Below are positions 1-12,544 of a stretch of DNA of 64,000 nucleotides, piece by piece; the first letter of the stretch is position 1, and the number at the start of each line of letters is the position of its first letter. The translations under genes and the position numbers were made by a program. Source of the DNA: Eledone cirrhosa (Eukaryota); the NCBI GenBank assembly GCA_964016885.1, contig OZ024744.1, positions 87,978,001 to 88,042,000 of the forward strand, written 5' to 3'. A model generated the notes under the pieces. The model saw only the letters and a program-made list of their open reading frames with translations, was not told the origin of the DNA and searched no databases.

Positions 1-636
1 TTTGTGTTTTCTTTTTTTTTGAAAATGTTTCTTATCAAAAGGTTACTTATTTGTCTGCCGATTATATTCCTGAGCTGTGAGATCCCCTGTGATATAAACG
101 TCACTGTAATGACCCTTGTCGTGACGTTCAGGTGAATTTTTCCTGTCGCTGTCAGCTAGCACTGTTTCACCGCGTGCTGATTATCATGAGATCGGTGTGA
201 GACGAAAATGTCTACTGCTTATGGAGAGAAAAAGGATGGGGGTAAATTACCGGTTTCATTTCTGTGTTTAATGTTTATCCATTCTTCATGTTTTGTTTTG
301 TTTTGGCTTTTTTTTTTTGTTTGTCTGTTTGCTTTTGTTTTTTTTGTTTTTTTTTGTTTTAAAATATTTCTGTCTTTTAATGGTTTCATGTTTTCAAGTT
401 TTGTTTTAGCAAACTGTCGTTCTCTTCATTTCTTCTGTTAGAAAATTACCAACTCATCTCCCTGTAAGATTTCTTATGGCTTGCTTGATTTGACTTGGTT
501 TTATAACTCTGAATCTAAATGCCAGTTCTATTTTTGTTGAACACCGTTTCTCTCCTTATTCTCCCCCTCTTCGCCCTCTCTCTCGCTCTCTCGATTTATA
601 CCCCTTTTCGTATGTATGTGTGTGTGTGTGTGTGTA

Positions 637-670
<34 letters not shown>

Positions 671-974
671 TGTGCGTGCGTGTAGATAATTCATTATACG
701 TGTTTACATCTATAAAATGATAGCACTCAATGTATGCTGTAGGTGGAATATATACGAAATTAAACAACCCGTTATTGAAAGCATAGATTTGACTTTTCAC
801 CTCATGATAAACAATCCTCCGACGATAATCTGAATCCATCTTAAAATTATTTAGAACACATATCACGTATGTGTCCCATATATTTGCACAAGAGGTTCCG
901 TTCATGAAAGCTCGATATAGAAAGTTGCCCTATATGTCTATCTACCAAGGGAATTCAGTCTAACCATATAAATA

Positions 975-1157
975 ATTGTTTCTACTTTTGGCTCAAGGTC
1001 AGCAATTACCCCCAGTACATTACTGGTACTTTATTTTATCGACCCCGTAAGGATGAAAGGCAAAGTTAACCTCGGTGGGATTTGAACTCAGAACGTAAAG
1101 GATCATAACTCTATGCTGAAAAGCATGTTGTCTGACGCTCTACCGATACTACCATTC
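975..1157 (-). mobile_element. tRNA-derived SINE (dominant family)
   Basis: Reverse complement of the family consensus: A-box-like TGGCAGTATCGGTAGA, B-box GAGTTCAAATCC, core CTTTCATCCTTACGGGGTCGATAAAATAAAGTACCAG, tail GGCCTTGTGCCAAAAGTAGAAACAATT. The core resembles the MetaSINE domain as I recall it. Confidence 0.85.
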
Positions 1158-1334
1158 CTAACCCGGTAAATAATACATTTTAAACATGTATTTCGTATTG
1201 TGACATATCATTTCTTCGATTATCTAATGAATTATCGATCATTCTTATGAAAACTGCATTCATCAATTCTTGAGGTAAACTCACCCGGGAGTGATCTCTG
1301 TACCAATGCTATCTGTGCCAAGTACTATATACAC

Positions 1335-1379
1335 ACACACCCACATGCACACACACATGCAAACACACACACATACACA

Positions 1380-1448
<69 letters not shown>
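1335..1448. repeat. (CA)n/(TA)n microsatellite
   Basis: Direct inspection. Confidence 0.95.
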
Positions 1449-1653
1449 CCAGGGAGTGTAACTTGGAGTTACTGTAGGTTCACCCGGGTGAGGACTCGAT
1501 GTTTAGGTTCACTTCAGTATCGAGGTGTAGAGCTAGGCAGTCTGTATTATAGTGAAAAGATAACAAGGACGATTGGTTACTCCTTCATTACATTTATTGG
1601 TTGGTAACCCGCGTTTCGCCACTGATCAGCTCAAGGTTCGATCTGCTATCTTT

Positions 1654-1695
<42 letters not shown>

Positions 1696-1698
<3 letters not shown>

Positions 1699-1800
1699 GT
1701 TTCTACTTTTGGCACAAGGCCACCAATTATCCCAGTGTATTACTGGTACTTTATTTTATTGACCCCGTAAGGATGAAAGGCAAAGTTAACCTCGGCGGGG
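1696..1800 (-). mobile_element. SINE, 5'-truncated
   Basis: Core and tail of the dominant SINE. Confidence 0.85.
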
Positions 1801-2104
1801 GTTACGTTCGTAGAGCATCCACGAAGAGTGAAATATGACGAAAATGGGACGTGGTCCATAAAAATGCCTATAAACATTAAAATGCCTATAAACGTAAAAT
1901 ATAGACCGGCAAATTCGGTATAGTGTTATTAATAATTTATCTTTTAAAAGCCAGGAAAAATATATATTGCCATGAAAAAAGCCATTAAATAATCGTGGAA
2001 GATATTTACGATGCTGCGAATATGCGGTGGTTTCCGCGAATAATTATTTCCTTAGGTTCTAAAGAAAAATCCGCGAATAAACAGGACCGCGAATTCCAGG
2101 GGTA

Positions 2105-2108
<4 letters not shown>
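1801..2108. mobile_element. possible pogo/Tigger-type MITE remnant
   Basis: Repeated CCGCGAA subterminal motifs (about 2034-2093) ending ...CCGCGAATTCCAGGGGTACGCA next to TA; resembles Tc1/pogo MITE ends, other terminus not found. Confidence 0.3.
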
Positions 2109-2152
<44 letters not shown>

Positions 2153-2287
2153 AAAGTTCTATTTAAAATTGTTGGGATAAAACAAGTAAATATTTTTATA
2201 ACTGATATAAAGCACTCGACAAGTATTTGGAGCAGATATACGATATTAATAAATGGAAACTATATTTATAAAACCATATTTATTTCA

Positions 2288-2343
2288 TTATACATATTTC
2301 AGGGATACCAAATTAAATTATGGTATGCCTTCATCAGACAAAA
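2288..2343 (-). ncRNA. hammerhead ribozyme core, degenerate stems I/III
   Basis: CTGATGA-aggcatacca/tggtatccct (stem II)-GAAA on the minus strand. Confidence 0.55.
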
Positions 2344-2940
2344 TACAATATATAACAGTTTTACAAATAAGCTTTGACGTACCCTTTTAAAATGCAACCA
2401 TTATTTTTGGAAGCCATCCGGATAGTGAGTTGTTTATATTATTTTAATAAGTCATAGTGTTAAGGACAATTAGAAAAAGACGGAGAGAAAGAAAAAGACG
2501 GAGAGAGAGAAAGAAAAAACGTGGAGAAATATCGGAGAGAGAGAAATGCATGAAGAAAAAAGAAAGAGATAAATAAAGACAGGAGGAAAGAAAGAAAAAA
2601 AGGAAGAAATAAGAAAAACAGAGGAAAGCAACAGAGAGATATTAAGTCATCAGACAGATAGAAAAACTCAAGAGAGAGAAATATTATATAGAGAGAGGGG
2701 GAGATAATGAAAACTTTACGTCATGTCATATTAAGTTGAGTTAACAATTCATATGAAATGAATAATAAAATTATAAATATTAATATTCATGAATGGGACA
2801 TAAATATATAATATGAGAAATTAAACATTGTTTAATAATGACTATATGTTTAGTTTAAAACTTGAGATCAATATACCAAAATTGGGGTTTAATCATCCAA
2901 AATGTACACATTGCTAGAGAAATCAGTATCTTAGGCAAAG

Positions 2941-2988
<48 letters not shown>

Positions 2989-3492
2989 GCACGTCCTGAA
3001 AATAGAAATTATATTTACTCAAGTCAACAATATAGACATACAAAACGCAGACGATTTCTCTTAATCACTGCTATACATTCCTTGTGTTATAAAAAGTTCA
3101 CAGTATATATACATAAATATATACGATTAACATTCATGTCTTCATATATACGATTACCATTCATGCATTTAACATTCTGTCAAAATTATGCATATCTGCA
3201 ATCAAAACTGCGTGGTTGGTTAGGCAACATATCTCTTACCCACACACATACATATACATATATATATATACACATATATATGTATAAATAAATATTTGCG
3301 TGCGTCTTCCCGCATCGCTCATGTATACATACAGACATATATACAATCATCCGTCTTTTTCTTTCTCTCCGTCTTTTTCTAATTGTCCTTAACACTATGA
3401 CTTATTAAAATAATATAAACAACTCACTATCCGGATGGTTGCATTTTAAAAGAGTACGTCAAAGCTTATTTGTAAAACTGTTATATATTGTA

Positions 3493-3548
3493 TTTTGTCT
3501 GATGAAGATATACCATAATTTAATTTGGTATCCCTGAAATATGTATAA
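3493..3548 (+). ncRNA. hammerhead ribozyme core, degenerate
   Basis: CTGATGA 3499-3505, stem II atacca/tggtat, GAAA 3536-3539. Confidence 0.5.
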
Positions 3549-3823
3549 TGAAATAAATATGGTTTTATAAATATAGTTTCCATTTATTAATATCGTATAT
3601 ATATATATATATATATGCATATATATGCATATATATACAAACACAAACACTGTCCACAAAAGACTAGTGTTATAATCAAAACTAAAATTCGATAAATTCT
3701 ACAATATTCTCTCAGCATCTTTGTAGATGTTTTTAAAATCATACTGGCTACTTCAATCCGTTCGGCATTTTACTTCGTCTATGGGAGCCCTTTTGTTTTC
3801 CTGTCTTATCCTGTCATATTATA

Positions 3824-3992
3824 AGGCAGTATAGGTAGAGGACCGGACGCCATGCTTTGCAGCATAGAGTTACGGCCCTTTGCGGTCGGAGGTCATATCC
3901 CACCGAGGTTAACTTCGCGTTTCAATTCTTACGGAATCGATAAAATAAAGTACCAGTAATACACTGGGATAATAGCCAAAAGTAGAAACAAT
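3824..3992 (+). mobile_element. SINE (dominant family)
   Basis: Head, core and tail match the other copies. Confidence 0.85.
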
Positions 3993-5072
3993 TATAGTTT
4001 TCTCCTTATATGGACTTCTTCAGTCTTCTTAAGTATTCTCTTGAGTTCTGCTTTGAGTTACTTCTGTCGTCAGTTTTCTTCATCCATCATATTTTTTTAC
4101 TTTTTTTCGGTAGCTCTCTTCACTATTCTTCTGTATCCCAGTTTTTACTTTCTCCCTATAACCGTGGTCTGCATTTTCTATCTCCTATCGTTTACAATCA
4201 TATTATATTCTTTATTTTGATCTACATCTGTCTTGTTTTCTTCCATTACTTCTGTTTAGGTCCTCTGTAATTTTTGGTCTGATTCTGTCTTGATTAGAAT
4301 TCCGTCTCCAGATTTTTATTTTTGTTTCTGCTTAGGCAGTGGATTAGAAGAGGCACAGGATGGTCGTGTAGCGCCACCTTGCCCGGGGAGAAAAAACTAA
4401 TTGGAATTACTACCCGTTGAATTCTAGAAGATACCTTGAACTTCCGGTCTAGGGATTATAAAGGGGGAGAAAAGAGACATCTTGGCTTATTTGGCGACCG
4501 GCTCTCGGACAGTTAACTCACGAAAGAGTTTGTTAACCTTATTATATCTGTATCGAATTAATATTCTGTAGCGTTTACCAAAGTAAATAACCCTGTGACC
4601 AATACACTAAAGTCGATTAAAATGATTTGGAGTATTTATTTAGATACAAACACTTACGTTTTGAGTTTAAATTTCACCGTGATTAACTTGGCTATTTCGC
4701 CTTTTAGAGTAGATAAACTGAAATGCCATTCAGGTACTGAGGCTGGTTAAAATAAACTTATACGGCATCCTACATGTGAATTGGAATTAGAATAGAAAAG
4801 TTAACACTATATTTTTTTCTGTTTTATGTGAATTCTTTGTGTCTGTTTTTTTTTCTTTTTTTTTTCTTTTTTTTCCTGGTCACATAAATCTGTTCCTGAC
4901 TATATGTTCTTTCGTAAACCTGCCTCTCTCTTCCATTGTCTTATTCGATAATTTACCTCCACCTTGTCATCTCGTCATATGTATAGGGTGGTCACTGAAA
5001 GACTGAATGATATAAAACAAAAATAACTTTTACAAAAACGTTTGTTTTTTTATTTATTATTTTATTTGGAAA

Positions 5073-5309
5073 TGGTGTCCGACTCTCTACCGATACTGCC
5101 AATCCACCATTGGCAGTATCGATAGAGAGTCGGGCACCATGCATTGCAGCATAGAGTTACGGTCCTTTAGGGTCTGATTTCCAATCCTAACCAAGGTTAA
5201 CTTTGCGTTTCATCCTTACGGTGTCGATTAAATAAAGTACCAGTAACGTACTGGGGTCGATTTAATCGAATTTCTCCTCAAATTACTGGCCTTGTGCCTA
5301 TACTAGAAA
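5073..5309 (+). mobile_element. SINE with inverted 5' duplication and 19-bp target-site duplication
   Basis: TTATTATTTTATTTGGAAA at 5054-5072 and 5310-5328; SINE head duplicated in inverted orientation at 5072-5140. Confidence 0.85.
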
Positions 5310-5328
5310 TTATTATTTTATTTGGAAA

Positions 5329-6192
5329 CTAGCAGAATGGCCCGGCGTTGCTCGGGATTCTAAACATAGATTGGCATGTTTATCCCTCCCTTCTGAAACA
5401 GTACAGAGGAGTACGGAATACCTCGGCCTGGGGATCGTGTCTACATTTCGGGCTTATGACAAAAATTTGTCGTAGATTACCAGGGATTTAACTTAATTGG
5501 GTGCCTGAGAGTAAAATGTTCCACCCTCGAAAGCCAAGAAGATAGGGTTAAGTAAAAAGGCATTCGACAAACCGAACATGTATTTGTTGTGCTATGGTAC
5601 AATGAAAGTAATAGTTACAGAGCAGTAAGCATGTGGGACTGCAGTGGTGGAGAGCATGAAGGAATTTAGTTGGATATTTTTTCAGGTTACAGGCCCTAAC
5701 GCAACCAAAATGCTAAACAATGCGGTCCCCGGGCAAAAATTTGAAATCTTTTTCTTCAAGAAAATTTGTGAAACATAAGTAATGCATATGCAAAGTTTTA
5801 AAAAAATCGGTTGGGTACTTCTCGAGTTACAGGACCTAACGCAACCAAAATGCTTTTTAAAAAACGGTTTTTAGCCTAATACGGTCTCTGGCGCAAAAAA
5901 TGAGAAAATCTGTTTTGCTCAAAATATTTTAAATGACATAAGTAATGCACATTTTGAAGAAATCGCCTGGATTATTGTTTCGTTATGCCTCAAAAAAGCT
6001 GTTAAAGCCTAAAATATGCGGTTTTTCGCCTAATGCGGTCCCTAGGGCATTGAAAATTCGAAATATTTTTGCTCAATACACTCACACGACCATAAGTATT
6101 GCATGTGTAAAGTTTTAAAAAAATCGGTTTGGGGGGGTTCTCGGGTTTTAGGGAGTCAGACAGACAGACATTCTCTGTTTTAGATGTATAGA
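5329..6192 (-). mobile_element. non-autonomous Helitron
   Basis: Minus strand starts TC(TATACATC..TGTCTGTCTG) and ends with hairpin CCCGAGCAACGCCGGG then CTAG; sits between A and T; internal degenerate subrepeats at about 5690-6130. Confidence 0.8.
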
Positions 6193-6464
6193 TATAAGTA
6201 ATGTTTTTTTCCCAGTATTATGTGTGAAAGACAAGGGATGTTCTATAACCTGCAACAAAGAAAAAAAGAAAAAAGATTGAAAAGGAACAAGTTTTTCAGT
6301 GACCAGCCACCCTGTATTTGTTTGTTTACAGATATTTTTCCACCATCTTCTGTCTTCTATTTGCATGTTCAGTTTTCATGATTTTCATCCTCCATTCTCA
6401 GGTTCAATAGTTGACTAGTTTACTTCTGCATAAGTCGTAGTTTGAAATCATCATTTATGATTAA

Positions 6465-6590
6465 GCGCTTAGCCTAGTGGTAAGGGTAGTGGACTTACGA
6501 TCAGAATCTTATGGTTTTGATTTGTGTTCTTGAGGAAAACACTTCATTTCACGTTGCTCCATTATACTCAGCTGAAAATGAGTTGAAACA
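6465..6590 (+). mobile_element. second tRNA-derived SINE family, partial
   Basis: GCCTAGTGGTAAGGG head and TGTGTTCTTGAG..AACACTTCATTTCACGTTGCTCC; matches the copy at 52620-52884. Confidence 0.7.
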
Positions 6591-6631
6591 TTTCAAACTT
6601 ACACAAACATATATTAAACTGCATACATACG

Positions 6632-6716
<85 letters not shown>

Positions 6717-6721
<5 letters not shown>

Positions 6722-6966
6722 GAAACGAGCAACGATGGTTGCTGGACACTATGGCTTAATACGGGATGTTTGTTTACAAGCACACAGAGCATTATAATAA
6801 ATGTTCGGTGAATCCATACGTGCATATATATATATGTGTCCATGTATGTATATATATATACATACTACTGTACGTCTGTATACATATATGTATGTACGTG
6901 TACATACTTATATTTAAGTAACAGCCGTACTAAGAGTGGGAAATGAAATTTCGTTTCATTTTTTCC

Positions 6967-6970
<4 letters not shown>
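6717..6970 (+). mobile_element. (TA)n-embedded repeat; second copy at 39405-39783
   Basis: Near-identical to 39593-39783 and, inverted, to 39405-39590. Confidence 0.8.
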
Positions 6971-7014
<44 letters not shown>

Positions 7015-7154
7015 ATATATATATATATATGTATATGTATATAATATTTATATATATTTGTATATATATAGAGAGAGAGCGAGAGAGGTAGAACACTGGA
7101 AGGTAATATCCGTAGTGGTAGAGCACTCAGTCCATGGGATATATATATATATAT

Positions 7155-7735
7155 ATGAGAGACGTAAAATAAGAAAATTATAAAATTAACTTACTTACTA
7201 AAATATCACTTCCAACTAATTAGTTTCTGGAATGGAGTAAATATATTTTCCGAAGAAAACATGGAGAATCATTCCGTCGCCAGGAAAGTCTATTTTCGTG
7301 TAAGTTTCCAGGCATAGCGAGGACTCTGGAAACTTATTAAAAAAATAATTCAGTGGAAAGGAAATAGCGAAGCGTTGACTGAAATCCTAGCCATTGAGAA
7401 AATCACTGCCTCTACGTCTGTGGCAAATTCAAAAAGAATCAATCACGTGACATCGAGGTCAATCAGTGGAAAGCGAGTTGTTAATAAGACAGCGGCCTGC
7501 CTACTACCATAGCAGCAGTCATGGCCAATATTGCTCGACAAATGATTTGGAGATAATTATAAAGAATTTATATCTAGTAACATTTATATACATACAGATG
7601 CATATCAATGCTAGCAAATATATAGGTTTTGTCTTAGTAACATTGTGGTTCAATGCATGGGGTTGCAGAACAATAATATGAGAGACGTAAAATAAGAAAA
7701 TTATAAAATTAACTTACTTACTAAAATATCACTTC
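7155..7735 (-). mobile_element. 523-bp terminally redundant non-coding HHR element (retrozyme/PLE-pLTR-like)
   Basis: About 58-bp direct repeat at 7155-7212 and 7678-7735; flanked by (TA)n; HHR at about 7209-7288 (core mutated to CTGGCGA); second copy at 13598-14175. Confidence 0.75.
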
Positions 7736-7801
7736 ATATATATATATATATATATAAACATAAAAATACACGGATGTGTATTATTGTGTATAGAAGATTA
7801 A

Positions 7802-7956
7802 ATTAATAAAAGGAATTCGAACTTTGTCTGATTTACTCGTTTTATTTACAATCCTTTAAAATGTATAATGGTATTAGAATGAAATACCATTATAAATTTT
7901 ATAGGATTGTAAATAAAACGAGTAAATCAGACAAAGTTTGAATTTCTTTTATTAAT
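7802..7956. repeat. fold-back inverted repeat, arms about 73 bp
   Basis: ATTAATAAAAGGAATTCGAACTTTGTCTG...ATGGTATT / AATACCAT...CAGACAAAGTTTGAATTTCTTTTATTAAT. Confidence 0.85.
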
Positions 7957-7992
7957 ATATATATATAGGAAAATGTTCAACCCCGACAGGTT

Positions 7993-8018
7993 AGATCCCT
8001 GATGAAGCACTAAATTTA

Positions 8019-8070
<52 letters not shown>

Positions 8071-8096
8071 TAAATTTAGTGCTTCATCAGGGATCT
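7993..8096. repeat. perfect palindrome centred on (TA)n
   Basis: 30-bp arms AGATCCCTGATGAAGCACTAAATTTATTCA and its exact reverse complement. Confidence 0.9.
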
Positions 8097-8202
8097 TCCA
8101 GCCTTCATTGGTATTTCATCGCTTTAAAGACCATATACCTCTGTTTGGTGCGAGCAACGGCTAAAGAAAGTCGTTGGGACACGTAAATAGGGGGAACGAG
8201 CG

Positions 8203-11012
8203 AGAAGAACTGGTCCAGTGCTGTCCTCCATGCTAGCATTCTAGCTGCGTTTCCACTCCTAAACGCCTCTTCTACCTTCGCTACTAGTTCTGTATTTGAT
8301 TCGTTTTTCTCGAAAGCTAATTCTCTGCTAAACCCTATCGATTTTACTCTAATTGCTCTCTTGAGACAGTACCACCATTTATTGTTGACGATGGCTCCTG
8401 TTAACTCTTGCTTAACTAATCTACTTATCCGTTCACTGTAGGCTTTTCGTGCCGGCAACACGTTCAGCTTCCAGTATCCGGGTCTTTGTCTATGTATTCT
8501 ATCACGTTTGACTATGCAGACGACTAGTTTGTGATCTGAATAGGCAACTATGTGCATTTGTGGACAGCTTAACATCTTCTTGTCATTTGCTCTAATAAAA
8601 AAAACCTGTCTAGATACGATCTAGTCCCGCTGCGGTTTGCCCAGTCCACTGCGGTGCAGTTCGGAAATCTAGTCGATATCTATCGGCCATTTGGAATTGG
8701 CCGATTAAATTTTTGAGGCTGTTGCACCCCGCTCTACTGGGATATGCTCCCACATAGTCCCATCTTGCATCTAGGATACCATTCCAGTTCCCCACTAAAA
8801 GCAAGGAGCGAGACGTTCCCAGAAATGACTCTAGACACTTAAAGAAGTCTGTCCGCGATTGTGATTGCCCGGTCAGGGCATAAACGGCCACCAGACTGAA
8901 GCCTCCACCTCCAATACTGTTCACGTCTAAGGACCAGTTTACTCTCCGGGTCCAAGTGTGCTTGCTGTACTTCGAGATCTAGGTTTTTCCGAAATATGAC
9001 AGTCAATTCCCCTCCACCTCCCGTCTGAGAGAGAGATGCGTAGATCTCAAAGTAATTGAAGATGGGGTTAGTTGCTGACTGTTGTGGATCCTGGACTCGG
9101 TGATGGCTATTACATCTATAACATGTGAACTAAGGTCGTTTAAAAGTTGGCCCTGTTTCCAGGGCATCTCTAGGCCACGCACATTCACGCTTCCAACTCG
9201 TAGGTCAGCCATGTTGGCGGAGAAGAGTTGGCTAAAAGGACGAAAAGGTGCTTTACCTTTTCGTTTCCTGGAGATCGGGTTGTTCAATCTCCATTTCAGT
9301 TCTGGTGAGGGTATTGATTGGGGTGGGGAAACATTTCAATAGGACACGGTTTATTGCTTTTTGGCAGGGGTTGCCAACGTCCTGTGAAAATTGTTTTTTC
9401 AATTTCTGATAGGTTTCTATCGAATCCCTTATTAGTTTTAGGTGTGGTTGAGAGTCTGCTTTTACAAAAGTTTCCCCCTCAGTTTCCACTTTGGGTTCCT
9501 GTGAGATGACCTCCATAAAATATTTGTTGTTGGTGTTGATGTATGTATATTGTTGTTTTTGTTTTTATTGTGTTGTTTTAGTTTGTTGTTCGTCTGTGAA
9601 ATTTTCTTTTTGGTGTTAGGGGTGGTGTTGGTGTTTGTTTTGTTGGTAGGGGGAGGTTTGGTTGTGGTGTTGTTTGTGTTGTTTGTGTCTGTGGCGGGGT
9701 GGGGCTGTGGTCTTCAGGGGTGCTGTCTGTTTTACTTTTCTGTTGTTTGTGGTTGAGTGGTTGTTTGTTTGAGTGTGTTTGCTTGTTTTGTGTGTTGTTG
9801 TTGTTGTTGTTGTGGTGGTGGTGGTGGTGGTGATTGTTTTGGTATTGGTGTTGGTAAAAGTACTTGTTTTTTTAAATTTGTTTGTAAAGGACAGGAGGCT
9901 CTTAGGTGTGATGTGCTTGCACATCGAAAACAGTGTGGCTTTCTGCCCCCAGTTACAATGTTAATGTAGTTTTGGAAATTCTTTCTGGTTTCATTTGTAT
10001 CAGAATTTCCAAATTTGTCCCTGTCCACATTTGTCTGGTCGACTTCCTGACCGAAAGAATTGTGTCACTTTCTGGCTCTATGAACCCTGTTAAGATCCAC
10101 CAAATGTTGATGTTTGGTTGTATGTTACTTATTTTAATTTTTTGTGTTCTTTTTCCCATGTAAGTAGGGAAAAAGGTATGTGTTTTTATGATGACTGGTG
10201 TAACAGAATGCTTTTGTACGAGGGCCTCGCTTTTAAAAAGTACCGAAATACTTCCATATAGTCTGGCCCTCTGCATGAAATAAATGTCCGGCAGAGCCTC
10301 TTTCAATGTGGTTTCAATTTCCCCTTGACTGAGGAATACCGGCTTTTTTATTTGATTTGAGACAATTCTGAAGGTTACCGTTCTTCGAACTATTTCTTGT
10401 TTAATTTCCAAGGGTGAGTTTATTTGAAACCCACCCTTTTCTTCAAATGTTATAAATTGTCTCGCATCAGGCAACATCTGTTTTGAATTGCCGATGTCCA
10501 ATACTTTATATTCCGTTTTTTTTTATTTTTGTTACAGTCTGTGCGAATGTTGCTTTTTTACAGTTTTGTTGTTTGTGGTTTTTTCGTGTGTAGTTGTGTT
10601 AATTGTTTCAATTTCTGCATTTTCTGTATTTTTTGGTGTCTGTTGTGGGCTGTTATTTTCATCTTTTGTTGTGCAAATATCCATTTCTTTACGAAACGAA
10701 GTTTTATTTTTGTTTGTCTCCATAGATGCTTCTATGGAAGTAGAGGCAGATATAACGCTTATATCTGCCTCTTTCCCTCTCTTCTCGGTGTCTAGCGTTC
10801 TTTGTAAGTCACACATTGTTAAAATTAGGAACATTTTGAAACTTCTAAAACATTTTAAAACTTCTCAAAACAGGGGTGAAAACTGAGATTATCACTCAGT
10901 TGACAATTCAGCCTAGGTGTTAATCTATCAAACAATATAAATTTTCACACAATAAATTCTGTTTTTGCACAGTAAACTTTACAAAAACTTACCAACGATC
11001 TATCGCACGTCC
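8203..11012 (-). mobile_element. Tx1/L1-like LINE, 5' half (ORF1 with CCHC knuckle plus APE endonuclease), frameshifted
   Basis: ORF1 pieces 10834-9253 with CFRCASTSHLRASC; ORF2 from 9212 MADLRVGSVNVRGL..IAITESRI..VAVYA..GNWNGIL..SDHKLV..PGYWKLN. Confidence 0.9.
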
Positions 11013-11014
11013 TG

Positions 11015-11107
<93 letters not shown>
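11015..11107. repeat. (GATA)n microsatellite
   Basis: Direct inspection. Confidence 0.95.
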
Positions 11108-11284
11108 TTATTTATTTGCCTCAAGGGCCATATATAGATAGATAGACATAATATACATATTGCTTGTGGTGTAAATAGGAATAGCCTTTGTATTTAATAC
11201 AAAGCCTAGGTTCCATTTCCTTAAAAAACAATAGACAAGTCCATTCATTCTGAACGGCGGCACATGTTCCGTAAATTATCTATC

Positions 11285-11763
11285 TTGAAGGAGAGGCGGT
11301 TTTCCTTTGTGTGATAGCTATGGCGAAAGAGGTTATATGGTGGACAAGGTTGAAAGGGCTGAGGTCAGACACCTTTCTCTCCGGCCAACAACTGATTCTT
11401 TTTTTCAAATACCACTTTGGAAGAAGAATCAGGATGGAGAGAGAGGTGCTGTACCCCAGCAAGTTTTATGAAAGGTGGGTGAAAGTGGCGAGAATGGCCC
11501 GAGTGAATGGGCCTTCTCTCTATATCAGCCTGTAGGTTGAGGAAAAGGAGGAGGAGAGGAAAGGAGTACAAGCTCTTCGTACTCCTGGAGATGAGGGTTG
11601 CACATTTTTTTTCGGGGGTATGTGTTACCCATATAAACTGTCTCCCTCTATTGGGGAAAATCGACTAACTTTTAAATTCCATCTGTGATAACATTTTACA
11701 CGTTTTTATTGTATTTGTCCCCTTCTTTTGTGCCCCTGTGGCTAATAAAGAAATATATCTATC
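11285..11763 (+). mobile_element. Tx1-like LINE 3' fragment
   Basis: MAKEVIWWTRLKGL..ERWVKVARMARV; 3' end GCCCCTGTGGCTAATAAAGAAATATATCTATC. Confidence 0.85.
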
Positions 11764-11811
11764 TTGTATCAGATGTCTTTCATATTGAACGCATTTCAAT
11801 CTATACGTCTA

Positions 11812-11882
<71 letters not shown>

Positions 11883-12004
11883 TTATATATATATTTATAT
11901 ATATATATATATGTCTGTATGTTATGTGAATGTGCGTGTGTGTGAGTATGTATGCTTGTATAAACTAAGAGAGGGAGAGGGAGAGAGAGTGAGAGAGACG
12001 AGAT

Positions 12005-12397
<393 letters not shown>

Positions 12398-12544
12398 ACA
12401 CATATATATATATAGTGAACAAAGATAGAATACAAAAACAAAAACACATACACTCAAACTCGAACACACACACCAAACATTATACACACGCGGTAACGCA
12501 TGCGCAGAGACAGAGACAAGTAGAAATAAAGAGATTCATTTAAA

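Larger units (their letters stand above)
2236..3600. repeat. long inverted repeat (arms about 2236-2502 and 3350-3600), Penelope-pLTR-like
   Basis: Arms are near-identical reverse complements apart from a roughly 20-bp indel; each arm carries an HHR core. Confidence 0.85.

Noticed and set aside
5687-6130. Regularly spaced repeats resembling a CRISPR array
   Set aside because: Degenerate tandem subrepeats inside a Helitron; the spacers are similar to each other and the context is eukaryotic with no cas genes
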